Source: Yuukianura sp. NJ FZ-2021
Taxonomy: Eukaryota
Assembly (NCBI GenBank): GCA_046563655.1
Contig: CM102288.1
Span: forward strand, 3,906,001 to 3,970,000
Length of the DNA: 64,000 nt
Reading direction: 5' to 3'
The position numbers and the translations under genes were made by a program. The notes below the pieces were generated by a model, which worked only from the letters and a program-made list of their open reading frames with translations, was not told where the DNA came from and did not search any database. This document shows, in pieces, positions 22,801-36,095 of this stretch (its first letter is position 1; the number at the start of each line of letters is the position of its first letter).

Positions 22801-25800
22801 TAGCTAGTGCTTGCCAGTTGAACCTTTTGGCCTGTTCATGTTCATGCGGATGCCGGAGCGAAACAGCAGTATTCGGATTGACTGGAATCGATATTGAAAT
22901 TGGCGGGAGAACACTGACATACTTCCCATTTAAACTCACATTGTACACTCCCAGCAGTACTTGCCAATGGAACTGCGACAGTCGTCTCCATGTCCGTAAA
23001 TTCGGTTCGTACAACTCCTTCTGTAGCTTGTCACTTTGATCCGACACAAAGTTCGGCCCTTTTTGATCATTCTTCACTGTCGACGGTATAGCTGGAGACG
23101 TCAATAGAGTTCTGTTGACCACATAGCTGTTAAGTCCACTCGTCGGTGAAAGTGACAAAGACAGTCCAACTGGTGACCGTGTTCGGTTTAACTGTAAGTC
23201 GTTTCTGGGAATGGCCACATCTTCAGCCTCGTAGTTAAAGTGAGCCACAATTCCATATTCATAGATGATAAAAGAGAGCCACCCCACCATGAAAATGATG
23301 AAAGTTCTTTGGAAAAATCTCGTTCTCGCCCAAAAGTAGATCAATCGAAGTCTCTTTGGTAGTTTGACTAAAACCTGAGCAGATTTCGAGGGAGCCACCA
23401 CCGACACGGTCGTACTTCCGCCAAGATTCTTATGAATGGAACCGTTGCTTAGTCTTGGATTGGATTTGATTCGAGGTAAAGATGTACTAGGGTGGATTGG
23501 TGTTCGGAACGGGGCAGCATAAGTTGATCGATGCTTGGATGACGATGAGAATTCGGTTCGTCGGATGTCAATTGACAAGACAGTGGCAAAAAAGAATGTT
23601 TGGAGGAAGAAGTCCGACAGGAGAGCCACTACCGCCAAAATACAAAATTCCTGAATTCGTGGTATGAACGTAAAAAATCCAATCGTCAGGATCGTAACTT
23701 CCGCCAACAGATTTTTCGTGATGCTCCACCCTTCTTTACTCAATCCCTGGAGAAAAAACGAAACAAAATCAAAATTATGAAAACACACGACATTTTACTT
23801 TCAAAATTTTTAATTTTTGGCTTACTTGTGCCACTCTGATTTTGATATCAAGATGGGAAGCTGTCGAGACAACGGACCTGGTCAACACTAAAATATTTTC
23901 CAGGCCGATGACGATGACCAGGTACGGAAAAACAGTTTTTGAGTTGATTTCATTTGACATTCCAAAATGCGAACAGAGTCCAACTGACATACAGAGTGAA
24001 GCAACTACTGTGAGTACTGCACTGAAAGCCACGCCCAGTTTTGACTTGACCATTTCCACTTTCTTGACAGAGTAATACACGTACATGAACATCACAACGT
24101 AAGTGCACACCAGTGGAATCAATTCCAACAAACTGGACTGTGACGGGTAGAAGATGTGGACAACTTTTCGTCCATTAACACCCGAGTTTGAGGTGCCATT
24201 TAAACTGGCTTCTTCTGAACCTTGTTGGGGGAAGTTTGAAGAATAAGTTTTTTCAACTGTACTTCTGAGGTGGCTTATAAATCTAGAAAAAAATACAAAG
24301 AATTGAAATTTTTTTTCAAAAAATGTATTATTTTCCTGAAAAACAGAGCAATCAAAATTTTGTGTATGTCATACTCTGAATCAAATCGCTGAAAAATGAT
24401 TGTGACGGCATAAGAGACGATTCGTTGTCTGGATCGAAACGGGTATCGCTTGAGTCCAGTTTCCTTGACGTTCATGCCCAGAAGTAACTCTGCTAGACCG
24501 CTCTTCCCCTTCTGGTGACTTCGGTAGTTCAGAATTGTGCTCAGAATGTCCGGATCTTCCTGGAATTTGGTGTAACTCCCTTGCCAAAAATTGGCTGGAG
24601 AAACAATGAGACAACTGTACTCCTGTAATAAAACAAAAACAATTTGTATTAAAGATTTATTTGTATATATAAATCTAAATAAGTTTCTATTCTGAATAGT
24701 AAGTACCGGCAGAATGGAGTACTTCCCCTTGACCGCTCTGGATTTCACTTCTCCAACATGGAAGCAGAGTTCTGGAAGTCCCAATGCTCCTGATCTGCAA
24801 AATTCAATCAATTAAAAAAAAGTTCCAAATTGGATAATTCTTTAAAGGTCAAGCTCAGGGTCAAAGATTTCAAACGACCTTGCTCCAAAACACTTGTCAT
24901 CAAAATAGAACAAGTTTCGCATTTTATTCATTGATCAAACCACATTCAACATTGACCTCTGCGTGACCTTGAGAAATGTTCGTGCTCAGGAAGCATCAAA
25001 CTACAAAAGAAGCATTTAGATTCTATTGGACAGAACAAATTCATTCACCCACGCATACACGTTGAAATTTCCTAGGAACCTGCCGAGGTTAACACGAAAC
25101 ACGAAAGCGCTTTTTGCCCACAGAAGTATCGATCTGGAATCTAAAATCTAAAATTACATGAGTCACCTAAGCATGATCAGAATTTCGGCCGCTACAAATT
25201 GGATTTCCAATTGCACACTGAGGTAGTCAATTCACCCCCTGATCCCCCTTCCACCCCAACCCTCATTAAATATTAATCATTCACAGTCATAGGCTAAGTG
25301 GTTTCTAATCTCACACTACTTATACTGCCATCTCCATCCTCAACAACACGCCCAACTTGCAAATTGCGACATAGGGGAGATAGAAAAACATTACGCTTTC
25401 CTATCTGCACAAAATAAAGAGTGGTCGGGCAGCTGGGGTTGACTCACTTTTGTCACTTCAAAATCACAGACCTAAAAATCCATATCTCGCAGTTCAAAAA
25501 AAATTTGTTTTTGAAAAGTTTGTATAGCCACATCTTGAAAGTATTTGTGCAAAAAGCACTACCAGAAAGAAACTGACTTTTTAAAAAAAAAGTCCATCCA
25601 GCAGAGGTCAACCTTCAAATAACTTACACGGCATCTAACTTCTACTAAATCATGTGTGAATTGGACGATCTTGTAGAGTGTGCGTTATGTGCTGGTAAGT
25701 TAACTAAAAGCTAACTTTAACAAACTATGTTAATCAATCTATATTAACGTTTAATCCTGTGAATCATAGAAATGTGAACCTGTTGTTGAGTTGAGATCCG

Positions 25801-27100
25801 TGTTACACATAAGCTAGGTATGTTATTTATGTCAAGGGATGAATTAACTCAACAATTATGTTGATTTACAGGATGTATCTACTTATGCTGTGCTTGCTGC
25901 AAGGGTAAACGCCAACACCACTGAAACTAAAATGCTGTAAACGTTAATTATTACTAAAATAACAATTTTTGTTAAATTTTTAGACAAGAATAGTGGAGGG
26001 GGTACAACCACAGTGATCCAGCATCCGCCAGTGATTGTCCAACCTGGCGGTTATGGACAACCTGGCTACGCACAACCTTATGGACCTCCACCCACAGGAT
26101 ATCAGCAGTATCCCCAAAATCCGGGATACTACGGCCCACCGCAAGCTGGACCTTACCCACCACCGCCATACCAAGCTCAACCTGGCTATCCAGCACCACC
26201 ACCAGGAGCTTATCCACCACAACCAGCGGTACCTTACCCACCACAACAACACTACTAAACAAACACCATGGATCAAAACTAACACAGCGATGACCAACGA
26301 CTGAGTCCCCCCAGTTTTCGGTTACTTAGCTGTTTTAACTAATTAGTGCGTTCCAGGCATGATTAACTTTTCAAATGAATAGATGAAGTTAACTTGAAAT
26401 TACAAAATCTTAGAGATTTTAAGTTTCGTTAAGTTAAGATTCGTACCTGTTCGATGCTTTCTTCTAAATGTCCTTTCAGTACTACATAAATTCTTTGGAA
26501 AACTAAAATAAAAGCTTATGCTTCATAAGTTTTGAATTGACTTACTCGTTAGCGGGCTGGATTCCTTTGAGTGTTTCCAGGAACCGGAAGCTTTCGGCCA
26601 ATGGGCCACGGAAGGCATCAGTCAGAATGAGGTTGTCACTCCAGGGGACCACAGATGACTTGATGACAATTTGTTGTACGAAAACTTCCGGTGGTGATTC
26701 CTTGTACCAGCGTGGAGTGTCAACAAGGTTGGCAGTGGAGTCGACGTTTCCAGAAGTGTCAGAGGATGATGGACTGAAGTTTTCAAATGGAGTAGAAAAA
26801 TACTGGGGCCGATTTCCTGGAAGTGGGAGGCTCAGAAGCGGGTAGCTACAAAACAATTAAGGCTCAGATTAATTCTTACTTAAATTCAAAAATAGAAATT
26901 ACGTTTGTTGACACTTACCAAGAAATGAGAGCAACAGAGATGGTGGCTGTGATGATAATGATCGAATAGGTGGAACAGAACAGGCCCAGAAAGTAGTAGA
27001 ACTGGGCCACTCTGTCCGGAATGGATCGACCCCATGACCTGTCCCGTCTGTCCAGAAAGTCATTCTCATTCTCGCTATTTTCAGGGTCATCTTTCCCCAT
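19846..27100 (-). CDS. SCAP: SREBP cleavage-activating protein (sterol-sensing domain plus WD40 repeats), multi-exon
   Basis: N-terminal PDRVAQFYYFLGLFCSTY; YPLLSLPLPG; CLIVSPANFWQ; SSD with KKVEMVKSKLG, FPYLVIVIGLENILVLTRSVVST, IQEFCILAVVALLSDFFLQTFFFATVLSIDIRR; C-terminal WD repeats (HQQPITCLD, LHGHYGPI). TGA at 19846-19848. Confidence 0.95.
25652..26258 (+). CDS. 116-aa protein with an N-terminal Cys cluster and a Pro/Gly/Gln/Tyr-rich tail, 3 exons (25652-25694, 25872-25904, 25984-26258), nested antisense in a SCAP intron
   Basis: Two phase-1 GT-AG introns join 43+33+275 nt into one ORF: MCELDDLVECALCAGCIYLCCACCKDKNSGGGTTTVIQHPPVIVQPGGYGQPGY...PYPPPPY...PQQHY*. Confidence 0.75.
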
Positions 27101-28952
27101 ACTTCTTCGTAGGATGTCACAACGTTGGGCCTTCCAGATTAAACTTCACAGATGTCGTTTGATTTCCTGGAAATACAAAAAACTGTAATTAGTTTTTAAA
27201 AAAAAGAGGAAGGTCATCCTAAATGTCCTGAATACCTCACAGATACGTCACAAATTTATGGTCATGTTCGTGTTTTCCCATTCATGATATACAATTTGAA
27301 CCGAGAAAATGGAACTTTTTATCCAGAAATGACAAGGTCATAAGGTCAACTGCCCACTCTCAACGGAAAGTAAAGTGCTTTGACGTGGGAACACTTCAAA
27401 CAGCTTGTACTCACTTGTGTAATTAGATTAATTAATTATGTTTTGTAGCCGGGTTTTCCATGTGAAATGGATCCAGCCAAGTCTCAACTGTCAGTTTAGT
27501 GACGATGGCTGGGAAGCTGAATGGGACGACAAAAGGACAAGTTGATCAAGGAATGTTGTGTCAAGTGTGTCCATAACTTCCTGAAATAAGATCTCAATTA
27601 TCAATTCCAAACCAGACACTTGAGCTCAGTCTGTAGCACTTGAGCAAACTAGACACGAAGACTGATCTATGATGAAGTCGTAAAGTGGTGATAAGAACAC
27701 AATTTTTATGTTCCATTTGTATGTATGTGACCCCGTGTGACCTCCTGAGATACGATCACTCTAATCTTGTCCTTATAAGTATGGATTCAAGGAAATACGC
27801 CGTACTAAACTACAAAGAATTCGGCCAATACACACAATTATGTTTTCTCAAAATGTAAGATTGTCAATTGAAGTCCAAAATTCTTACGTGCAGAGGAAGC
27901 TCTCACAGAATGATGTTGTATGGAGGCTATTTATCCGTGTAAATCTAAAAACCTCAAGTAGTATAGCTGGACCGGTAGTGGTGATGCAGCTGACTAGAAG
28001 CACTGGGAATCATAGTTTATTCGCGCATATGACTCCACTTGATTGATGAAAGCCGCATCCTGGTATTTTGAGATCCACACTGCTTTTACACAATTTCCTG
28101 GAATCCTGGATGCTGAATTACGTAAACTCGTAAAGTTTGTAAGGTCGGGAATTTGATAATCTGAACTGGAGTATGAATGATTTCAACAATTGGCACTGGA
28201 ACAACTGGACAAAAGGTTGAACAGGTTGTTGCCTCAGCTGGTGTCGGTGTCCATTTTAGACTTTGGTCACAGTCATCCTAAATAGTTGATTATCTGTAAA
28301 AATGAATTAGATAACCGGTTAACACCAAAATATAGGCTAGGTTCTTCCAGTTATTTATGTTTGTCTATGACGAATCAGAATCAACGACAAGAGGCCAAAG
28401 GTCAGTTAAGGCAATGGCAAGTCACATGACTGAGAGAGATTAAGATATCATTGATGTCTTAACAATGTCCAATATTAAACATTACGTAGCCAAAAGTGAT
28501 ATGTGTCTTATTAATAAAACAAGTACTACTTATCTAACGTCAGGATTACCTGGAAAGTCAGCAAAACGCAAACCACCTTAATTTGACCTTTCACTTAAAT
28601 ACAGAATGAATCAATTCACGGTAAATCATGACCTCAATCTCTTCTCAACTTAAATCCTTTCTGGAATCTTGAACATTGAACTTGAACTTAGGAATTTTTG
28701 TGAAGTGAAGAAGTGATTAAGTAAATATAATTTGAATTAGGCCTCAGAGTGGCGCCAGTACAGTATACAAATCTCTTCCTCCAGGGACAGCGGAGCAGCC
28801 TCTTACTAATTAATAACAACAACATCTTCGATTTCATTTGACCTCACTTGACCTTGAACTCGTTCTATTCACACCCATGACCTCCATTCCATGTCTCGCC
28901 CAGGAATTCTTTCAATATTTTCCTCATTCGCAAAAAAAAATCAATGGTTCCG

Positions 28953-29327
28953 CAAAGAATAGCCATAAGAGGTAGAAAGGCCAAAGGGTGGAGAAAAGTG
29001 TTTATGAATACTTTCTCTTCCCCTCAGCTCCCCCCCCTCTCCGATGTTTACTCGGCCTCACGAGTTTCGCCGAAGCCGTGAGATTTGGATGAGTGGGGTT
29101 TTCAGTGGGGTGACCGCTGGTATAGCTTAGGTGTAATGTGGAGTGATTTCTCTTCCCGCCATCACCGGATATATCGTGATATACGGCCTCAGACTCGTAC
29201 GATTTGATTGGCGGTTGGATTCAGACTCATAGAGCCTGATTGGTTCCATATCTAAACCTATTCATAAAAACTCTATGACGTGGGGGTGCATTAGTTTGGC
29301 CTTTCTACCTCTTATGGCTATTCTTTG
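28953..29327. mobile_element. Non-autonomous DNA transposon (MITE), 375 bp, perfect 33-bp TIRs, 9-bp TSD
   Basis: CAAAGAATAGCCATAAGAGGTAGAAAGGCCAAA at 28953-28985 and its exact reverse complement at 29295-29327. Direct repeat ATGGTTCCG at 28944-28952 and 29328-29336. Confidence 0.93.
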
Positions 29328-29851
29328 ATGGTTCCGTAGTATTAACTTTTACTTTTTTTTATTTTTAGTCGTTAGTTTGTGCACTAAAAATAGTTCAATT
29401 CGCAACTTACTACAGGTTCGTGTCATTCCCAGTTTAAATCGACTATTCGCCTACTACTTATTGCCAATTCTTTGCAATGTGCATTCTAAATGTTATTGCT
29501 AACAACTCACTGACTACAAATTCATAAACTATTCACCTCAAATTGCACAATCTTTCTTCAAATATAGAAAGTAGTTTCATATTTTTCTGAAAATAGTTTT
29601 TGAGCGAGATTCGTCATAGAATTTGATCATATTTTCATAGGATTTGATCTGATACGTGAAATACTTTTGGAAAAGTTAAATCTGCACTAAATTGTGACAT
29701 ACTAGAGCCTGATAAATTTTTAGGATTGTTCTGAGGACTTAACCAGGGTAATTAAGGCAACACAGTTGCTTTTCCCATCACATCTTTCAGTACACACTAA
29801 AATACCAAAACTTGAACTCTACTAGGATAGGATTGCTAACCACAAATTATC

Positions 29852-29905
29852 GTCTAAAAACAAATTGTCTAAATCCAAACTGTCTAAAACCAAACTGTCT
29901 AAAAA
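29852..29905. repeat. Short ~15-bp tandem repeat (TGTCTAAAACCAAAC-like, about 3.5 copies)
   Basis: gtctaaaaacaaatt-gtctaaatccaaact-gtctaaaaccaaact-gtctaaaaa read directly from the sequence. Confidence 0.7.
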
Positions 29906-30211
29906 CTGTTAAAATATTACAACAATATTTTGTTCTCGGGTAAATATTCCAGACCACTCACTCGGGTAGTTGTTGAATACTCGGTTAAAATACTTTTTTA
30001 AAAAAGAGCCATTAAGGTTAAGAGAAAGCGCCGTGGTTCCATGATTGAAAAGTCAGTGAGTGGGGTGCTTGTTTTAAAAAATTAGTAGTACTGGCTAAAC
30101 CAGGTCAGTTGGACTAATAAAGCAAGGCTTCAAGAGAGATTGTGCTTCCAGTACTTGGAAGCACAAGTACTGGAACTTAAATTTCTGGATTGTCATTTTC
30201 CGTATCACTTA

Positions 30212-33200
30212 TCACATGTGAATTGAAGAGGCAGCAGTGTACCTCGCCTCTCCTCTCCGAAATGCTCCCCACTGTGACGGTCGAAACTAAACAAATCACC
30301 AAGCAAAAATCATAATTTGAAATCACTTTCCGCTTTAAAATCCGGAAAATTCAAAACTCACCCTGATCAAAAGTTGACCCGAGGTCGAATGGGGATAGTA
30401 GTATGCATAGGCTGAAAAAGTAAGAGGCAGAACATTTAGTTTCTAGAAAAACTAACTTCTTTTTAATTGAAAATTCAAATTGTGTTTTCGTCTTACCCAA
30501 CCAACCTCCGGCACCAAAGATGAGCATCATAAAAAACAGGAGGCCCGTAATTCCAGAAGCGGACATACCAGACGACTCGGGAGTGGCTGAAAAGTTATAA
30601 TTACGAAACTATTTAGAAATCAAGGTCACATATTACGTAATCTTTTCAAGTAATTTTCATACCATGGACAACTTTTTCTGGCGTGTAGATTGCCTGATGG
30701 TCGTGGTTGTACTGTTCCTCAGCGGGAGACAGAGCATGCGTGTCGTCATGGTCATGTCCATGAAGGTCATGGTCATCATGGTCAAAGTTTCTATAACTGC
30801 CAGAACTCTCCGTTGAAGTTGTGCCGATGAAACAGGAAATGCGCGTATCCAGACTCTGGAAGGTACAACTCTTGACGATCCATTCTTGACGGTAGCGATC
30901 AGTTCCGTCTCCACATCGATTCGCTCTTGGGCACCACACACACTGAAAAAATATTCAAACAAAATTAATTGCAGTAAACTCACAGCTAACCTGAACTTTT
31001 TGTACTTTTTTTAAAAAACTAATCGATTACTCAACATGAATTTTGTGAGTGGTTCGATTTTCATAAAAAAACGTAAAAGCCACATGAGAGTGTGTGACTT
31101 TCCCTTGCGGTTTTTGCAACCAACTGTTAAATACTTCGCATTTCCTGTATTTTGGTGTCAATTTCGAAAAAAAATAACACAACTTACGTTAAATTGCGTT
31201 CTGTGCGTGACGCATTGTTCACAATTCGTGTAACTGAGGCAAGTCGGTAAAGCACTAAACACAATTCCAGACCCATTGACGATCAAGTAATCTTTGTCTT
31301 TCAAATCCACTCGGTCGTACTCAAATATGGTCCTACTCTTCACAACTACAAAAAAAAGGACAACAAAACTTAATCAATTAACAGTAACCAATTCACACAA
31401 AGTTCAATTTGAAATGAAATCTTACACAAAATGGTCTTGTCCGTAATATAAGCATCAGACAGCTACAAGAAAAAAAAATCAAAAATTATATTCAAAATTC
31501 TTCAAAATTTCGAAAAAAGATTTGTAAAAACGTACTCCGACTTTGACAGGATGATGAGTGTCATTGAGCTTCTTGACTTCAATAGGAATTTGTTTGTATG
31601 CAAAAACAATCGTTCCATTTTTGTATAAGGAAGTTTGAAAAGTAAATGGGCGCGTGTCCGTACTGTTGTGCAGATGAACTTGGTTCCATTCAACAGTAAA
31701 TTGAGTCGCTAAAAAGTACAAAAGAAGTCAATTCAATTAAATCATCAATTGAAAGATAAATTTTACTCCTCGCGTTATTTTAAAACGTTTTGAAAAGTCA
31801 ACGTTTCGTAAGTTACCATTTGATAAGTAACGAACGGAAGAGGCATTGTCCATCCTCGAGTCAAAATTGGCCATCAGAGGAGCTGAAAAAACAACCAATA
31901 ATTTTAGCATCACTGAATCCTGCCTTTCTATTTTTTGCATTAAGACTTTAAAACTCTTGAGAGTCTTACCAATGTATTGTGTTGCAGCCAACCAGGCATG
32001 AACTTGTTCACCCAAATAGATAAAACCACCCTGCGAAAAATACATAAAGTGGTCAACATCATCACAAATTCATTCTGCTTTCAGTTTGTTTGTGTTTTGT
32101 GCTTATTACGGTAGCCATTGTCACATTGGACACAAGATGTCCATAGAAAGGGAATTCAAACTCCAGTTTCACCGTCTGCAAAACATAAAAAATTGAATCA
32201 TGTACTCATTTTAAAATTCTGAAAAGTCTAGATATGTATACACTACGATGCTCTCATTTTCATAAAAAATGCCGAAGCTGATCAGAATCAGCATGATGCT
32301 GACAGCATCAGCATTTGAAATTTTACTTTCCCATGATACTCTCATTGAGTTGCTCTTTAAAAAGTCATATCCGCTTTCACTCCTAAATCCTGGCACGACA
32401 ACAACCCCTCAAGGGTCACTCAACCACCACAGCCAGCAGCGGAGATTTGATATGTGGTGCTTCAAGTGTAAAAAGTGTAGCAAATGGTTCAATCTTTTGT
32501 TTAGTTGGCGTGGTGGTTAAAGTGACTCAACAGGATGAAAATGAAATCACGTCAAATCGTACCACTTGGTACACTGTAAATCAAAAACACTCTTTCAACT
32601 CTTCAACCCCAGTCAAATTATGGCAAACCAAAAACATTTTCCTTCGGAAAGACCTGAATTTACACTCTAACAATAACAACAACGGTACAAAATAAAAATT
32701 TCCCTACCGCAGGAAAGCTTTTGTTATGATTTCGCATTTTGCTGCAGCTGCAGGCTAGATTTGAATGTAAACGTAGTTAAAACGTTTTAGTTTAACTTAC
32801 GGCGGCACGGCGATGAGCGTTGGACAAAAGTTCATGCGTCTCAGCGTCCGGATGATTGTCGAGGTCAACCCAGAGAAATCCACCGTTTGGAAAGTACGAT
32901 GAATTGTAGTATCGATGCGTATCGTTCTGCAAGTTGAATGAAGCACATGCGCAGTTACTTTTCGCAGTAAAATATACGTCAAAGGCGAATACAATCACGC
33001 AATAAAGTTTACTTCAACCAAAAACAAATTTTGATTGCTCTTGGTACCTGTATTGACGAATAATTCTTGTTTTTGGAAAAGTCGGCATAGTCTGGCGGAA
33101 ATTCAGGAAACTCTGGATACAGATCCGGTGGAGTGAGCGTAGTGTTCGGCGTGTTCATTCCAGTTGAGTCGTTGGTCTTGGGACCTGGAAATGATTTGAT

Positions 33201-34072
33201 TGGTGATGAGACATTGACTGGCACTATCTCCACTACCACCGGTTTCATAGTCGTAACTCTAAAGGTTGTATTAAGAATGGAATTACTGGAAGAGACTTGT
33301 GGTGGAACAGAAGGAGTCTCTGTTGTAGCAGTCATTGGTTTGTTTAGTTTCGGAGATGCTGGAGATGGAGCAGCAATGGTCGCTGTAGAAGTAGTCATGG
33401 ATATGGAAACGTTATTTGCAGCCTCCTTGATAAGGGCAGTAGGTTTCTTGGTTACTGGAGGCTTCTTGGTAAAGGCACCCTTATCTGCTTCTTCCGTCAA
33501 CACGGTCGTCTCTCGCTTGGCACGAGAGGTCATGTCATTCTGACCAACACCGGATATGATTTCATAGGAAGTAATTTGCCCAGTTATTGGATCCAATTCA
33601 TTTGTAGGAGAGTTCACTAAATAGTACACCGAACCTGCAACATGTTAAAAAAAAATCATTTAAAAGCATATCGAATTTTTTTCACTTGATTAATTTCTGC
33701 TGAATCAACAATGTAAACAAAAACCCCCAGAACATTCTAAGAATCCTCCGTCTGCAAAATTCCTAAGAATGAGCACGACTTGGCACAAAAAGGCGAAAAC
33801 AAACATTTCGTTTGCTGCCTTTTCTAACTAACAAACTAAAAAGTGACGTTGTTGTCTCTTCCGTTGTAAAATCTATGTCAAGAGGGCACGTACGTCACGA
33901 CGCAACGTCTTAAATTGAGCATCAAATTAACACAGTATCCATGTTGATTTTGAATGCAAGAATGCAACCAATTGAAATTTTTACCTTGATCTTGAATTGC
34001 TGGATCTGAGAGACTTAACTTTGGAAACTGGAGAGCACCAATGACTAATAGAGTTAGTAGTATTTGACCCAT
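30212..34072 (-). CDS. PLXDC: Plexin domain-containing protein (PLXDC1/2-like type I membrane protein), multi-exon
   Basis: Signal peptide MGQILLTLLVIGALQ; Ser/Thr/Pro stalk; DTHRYYNSS, LSNAHRRAA, FPFYGH, ATQYIAPLMANFD, FTFQTSLYKNGTIVFAYK, HPVKVG, YDRVDL; PSI domain WCPRANRCGDGTDRYRQEW; TM helix; tail RPSQW..RRGEARYTAASSIHM*. Confidence 0.92.
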
Positions 34073-34329
34073 GGTTCAAACGGCGAGTTAGAGTGTCATC
34101 AATTAGTAATTGGAGGAACAATGGATACCGTAGTTGGACTTCCTTTTTTTCCTTGTTAGTCACCACAGATTCTTCGTCTTGTTGAACTTGCAGAAGCTGA
34201 ATGTGAGAAATGAGAAGATTTTCTTCACACTTCCTTGAAGTGCTGAGTGAAGAGCTTTTTTTTATTCACAACATACACAAAGAGTGGCGGCAAAATCAAA
34301 ATACAGTTACAAAAAAGTGGTTGCGATAT

Positions 34330-34665
34330 GGTTAAACGAACGCCATTGTTTACAGGACGGTGTAGCCACTTTGCGGCATTGCGGCTACAGTAATTGGCTA
34401 TACTTTGCGGCTAACTTATGTTGTCACTTTAGGGTGGGTTCGGACAGTGTTGTTGGATATTTGTATCCACTTTTTGACTTTCGTCCAGGCCATAAGGTAT
34501 ATCATTCGGTTTTAGCCGGATGAAATGGCTGGATAAAAAAGATAAATATAGAAATGTAGATACTTCCTGCCTACCATGTTGTTGTCATTCATCGACGCAT
34601 AACTGTAGCCACACAAAATGGCCGGAGTAGCTACACCATTGGGTTACAATTACTATCGTTAAACC
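34330..34665. repeat. Degenerate ~60-bp inverted repeat pair (possible old MITE) between divergent PLXDC and TMEM222
   Basis: Blocks GGTTwAACGA, ATTGT, GGTGTAGCyACT and GGCTACAGT recur in the same order in the reverse complement of 34602-34665. Confidence 0.4.
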
Positions 34666-35027
34666 TCACTTCAACCTAAAACTACAACATTTAAAATACT
34701 CTGTGTAAAACAAAAACTTCGCTTTTTAGTACTTTTTACATAGGATTGTTTATGACCTTTGACCTCACAAATTGAACAGTATCTGAGTATTTTGTATACC
34801 TATGGTTTGGTATTGGTCAGCTGTCATTTCAAATTGTACTTTGCTGGTACATCGATCGGATTCGGAGGTACGTTTGATAGAAACTTTGTTTTCAAATTTA
34901 AAAAAAAAATAGCCAAATCCAAATGTACATAATAACTTGATTTTTATTAGGTGACGGTGGCAGGATCAGAGGCTTCCCCGGAGCCGGAAGCAGTGAGAAC
35001 GGGGCAGACTCCCAGTAATTGTTATGA

Positions 35028-35711
35028 ATGGATGAATCGACGGTATTGTCACAAGGACGGCGTTCTTGGTCAAAATCCAAAATGAACGTTGACGTTCAGA
35101 GGTCAAAGTTTCCCTTCTGCATCGTCTGGACGCCAATCCCCCTTTTAACGTAATTGAATAACTCAAAAATTGTATATACGTTGAATTTTGGATTCAATTA
35201 CTCTAATTTTTTCTTCTAAAAGGTGGTTGTTTCCTGTCATTGGTCATATGGGCATTGCATATTCGACGGGAGTAATCCGTGACTTTGCTGGTCCTTACTA
35301 CGTGTCTGAAGATGAGATGGCCTTTGGACGACCCACTAAATACTGGATGCTTGATCCAGAGCTGGCAGAAGGTGGGGTCACCGGTTGGGATCGAGCTGTT
35401 CTGGATGCATCCGAAGAATACAAGTACTAATCAAAAACTGCCTAACAAGTAATTGACTTGATTAATTTGATCGGTGGATTTGAATCTGTAGGACTCGAAT
35501 GCACAACTTAATTTGTGACAACTGCCACTCCCATACAGCTTATGCTTTGAACCTGATGCGGTATGGTGGGTCAACTTCCTGGAACATGGTATGGTTGGCT
35601 CTCTATATGCTGCCCAAGAGTCGATATGTCAACTTTGCTGGTTTTCTCAAGACTTGGTTACCGTTTTTCATAATAGTAACAATCATTGTCCTAGTTGCAG
35701 TGTTTGCCTAA
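35028..35711 (+). CDS. TMEM222: Transmembrane protein 222 (RTE1/DUF778 family), 3 exons (35028-35149, 35223-35423, 35492-35711)
   Basis: [25 protein letters not shown]...GVIRDFAGPYYVSEDEMAFGRPTKYW...MHNLICDNCHSHTAYALN...KTWLPF. Confidence 0.95.
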
Positions 35712-36095
35712 ATCCAGTCATTGTTGCGCATGAAAGATTAAATTTCTGTCTTTGAGATTTTCGCTCGTCAACGTGAAACAGCGATTAAAAAATAATAAAA
35801 TATAACTCATGCCTTTTTATGCAATTTATACTAGATCGGGAGTCATGACAACCAAATCGTTTTTCTTTAATAGAAACAGAAAGACTTTGTTTACTGACTT
35901 TGCCTTGGTGTTCTAGATACGATTCGAGGAGGGAGTGAATCAATCGTTGTCGTCGCGTCGCTGAAGAAGTTACAGCGGCGCTTATTGTTTTTTTTTTCGG
36001 TCTTTCGAGCTTGCTCGGGTTCTTTAATAATTCTTGTGAAGTGAATGGTTAAGGTCAAAGGTCATTTGACGTCAACTTCAACGGAAAATTGACTG

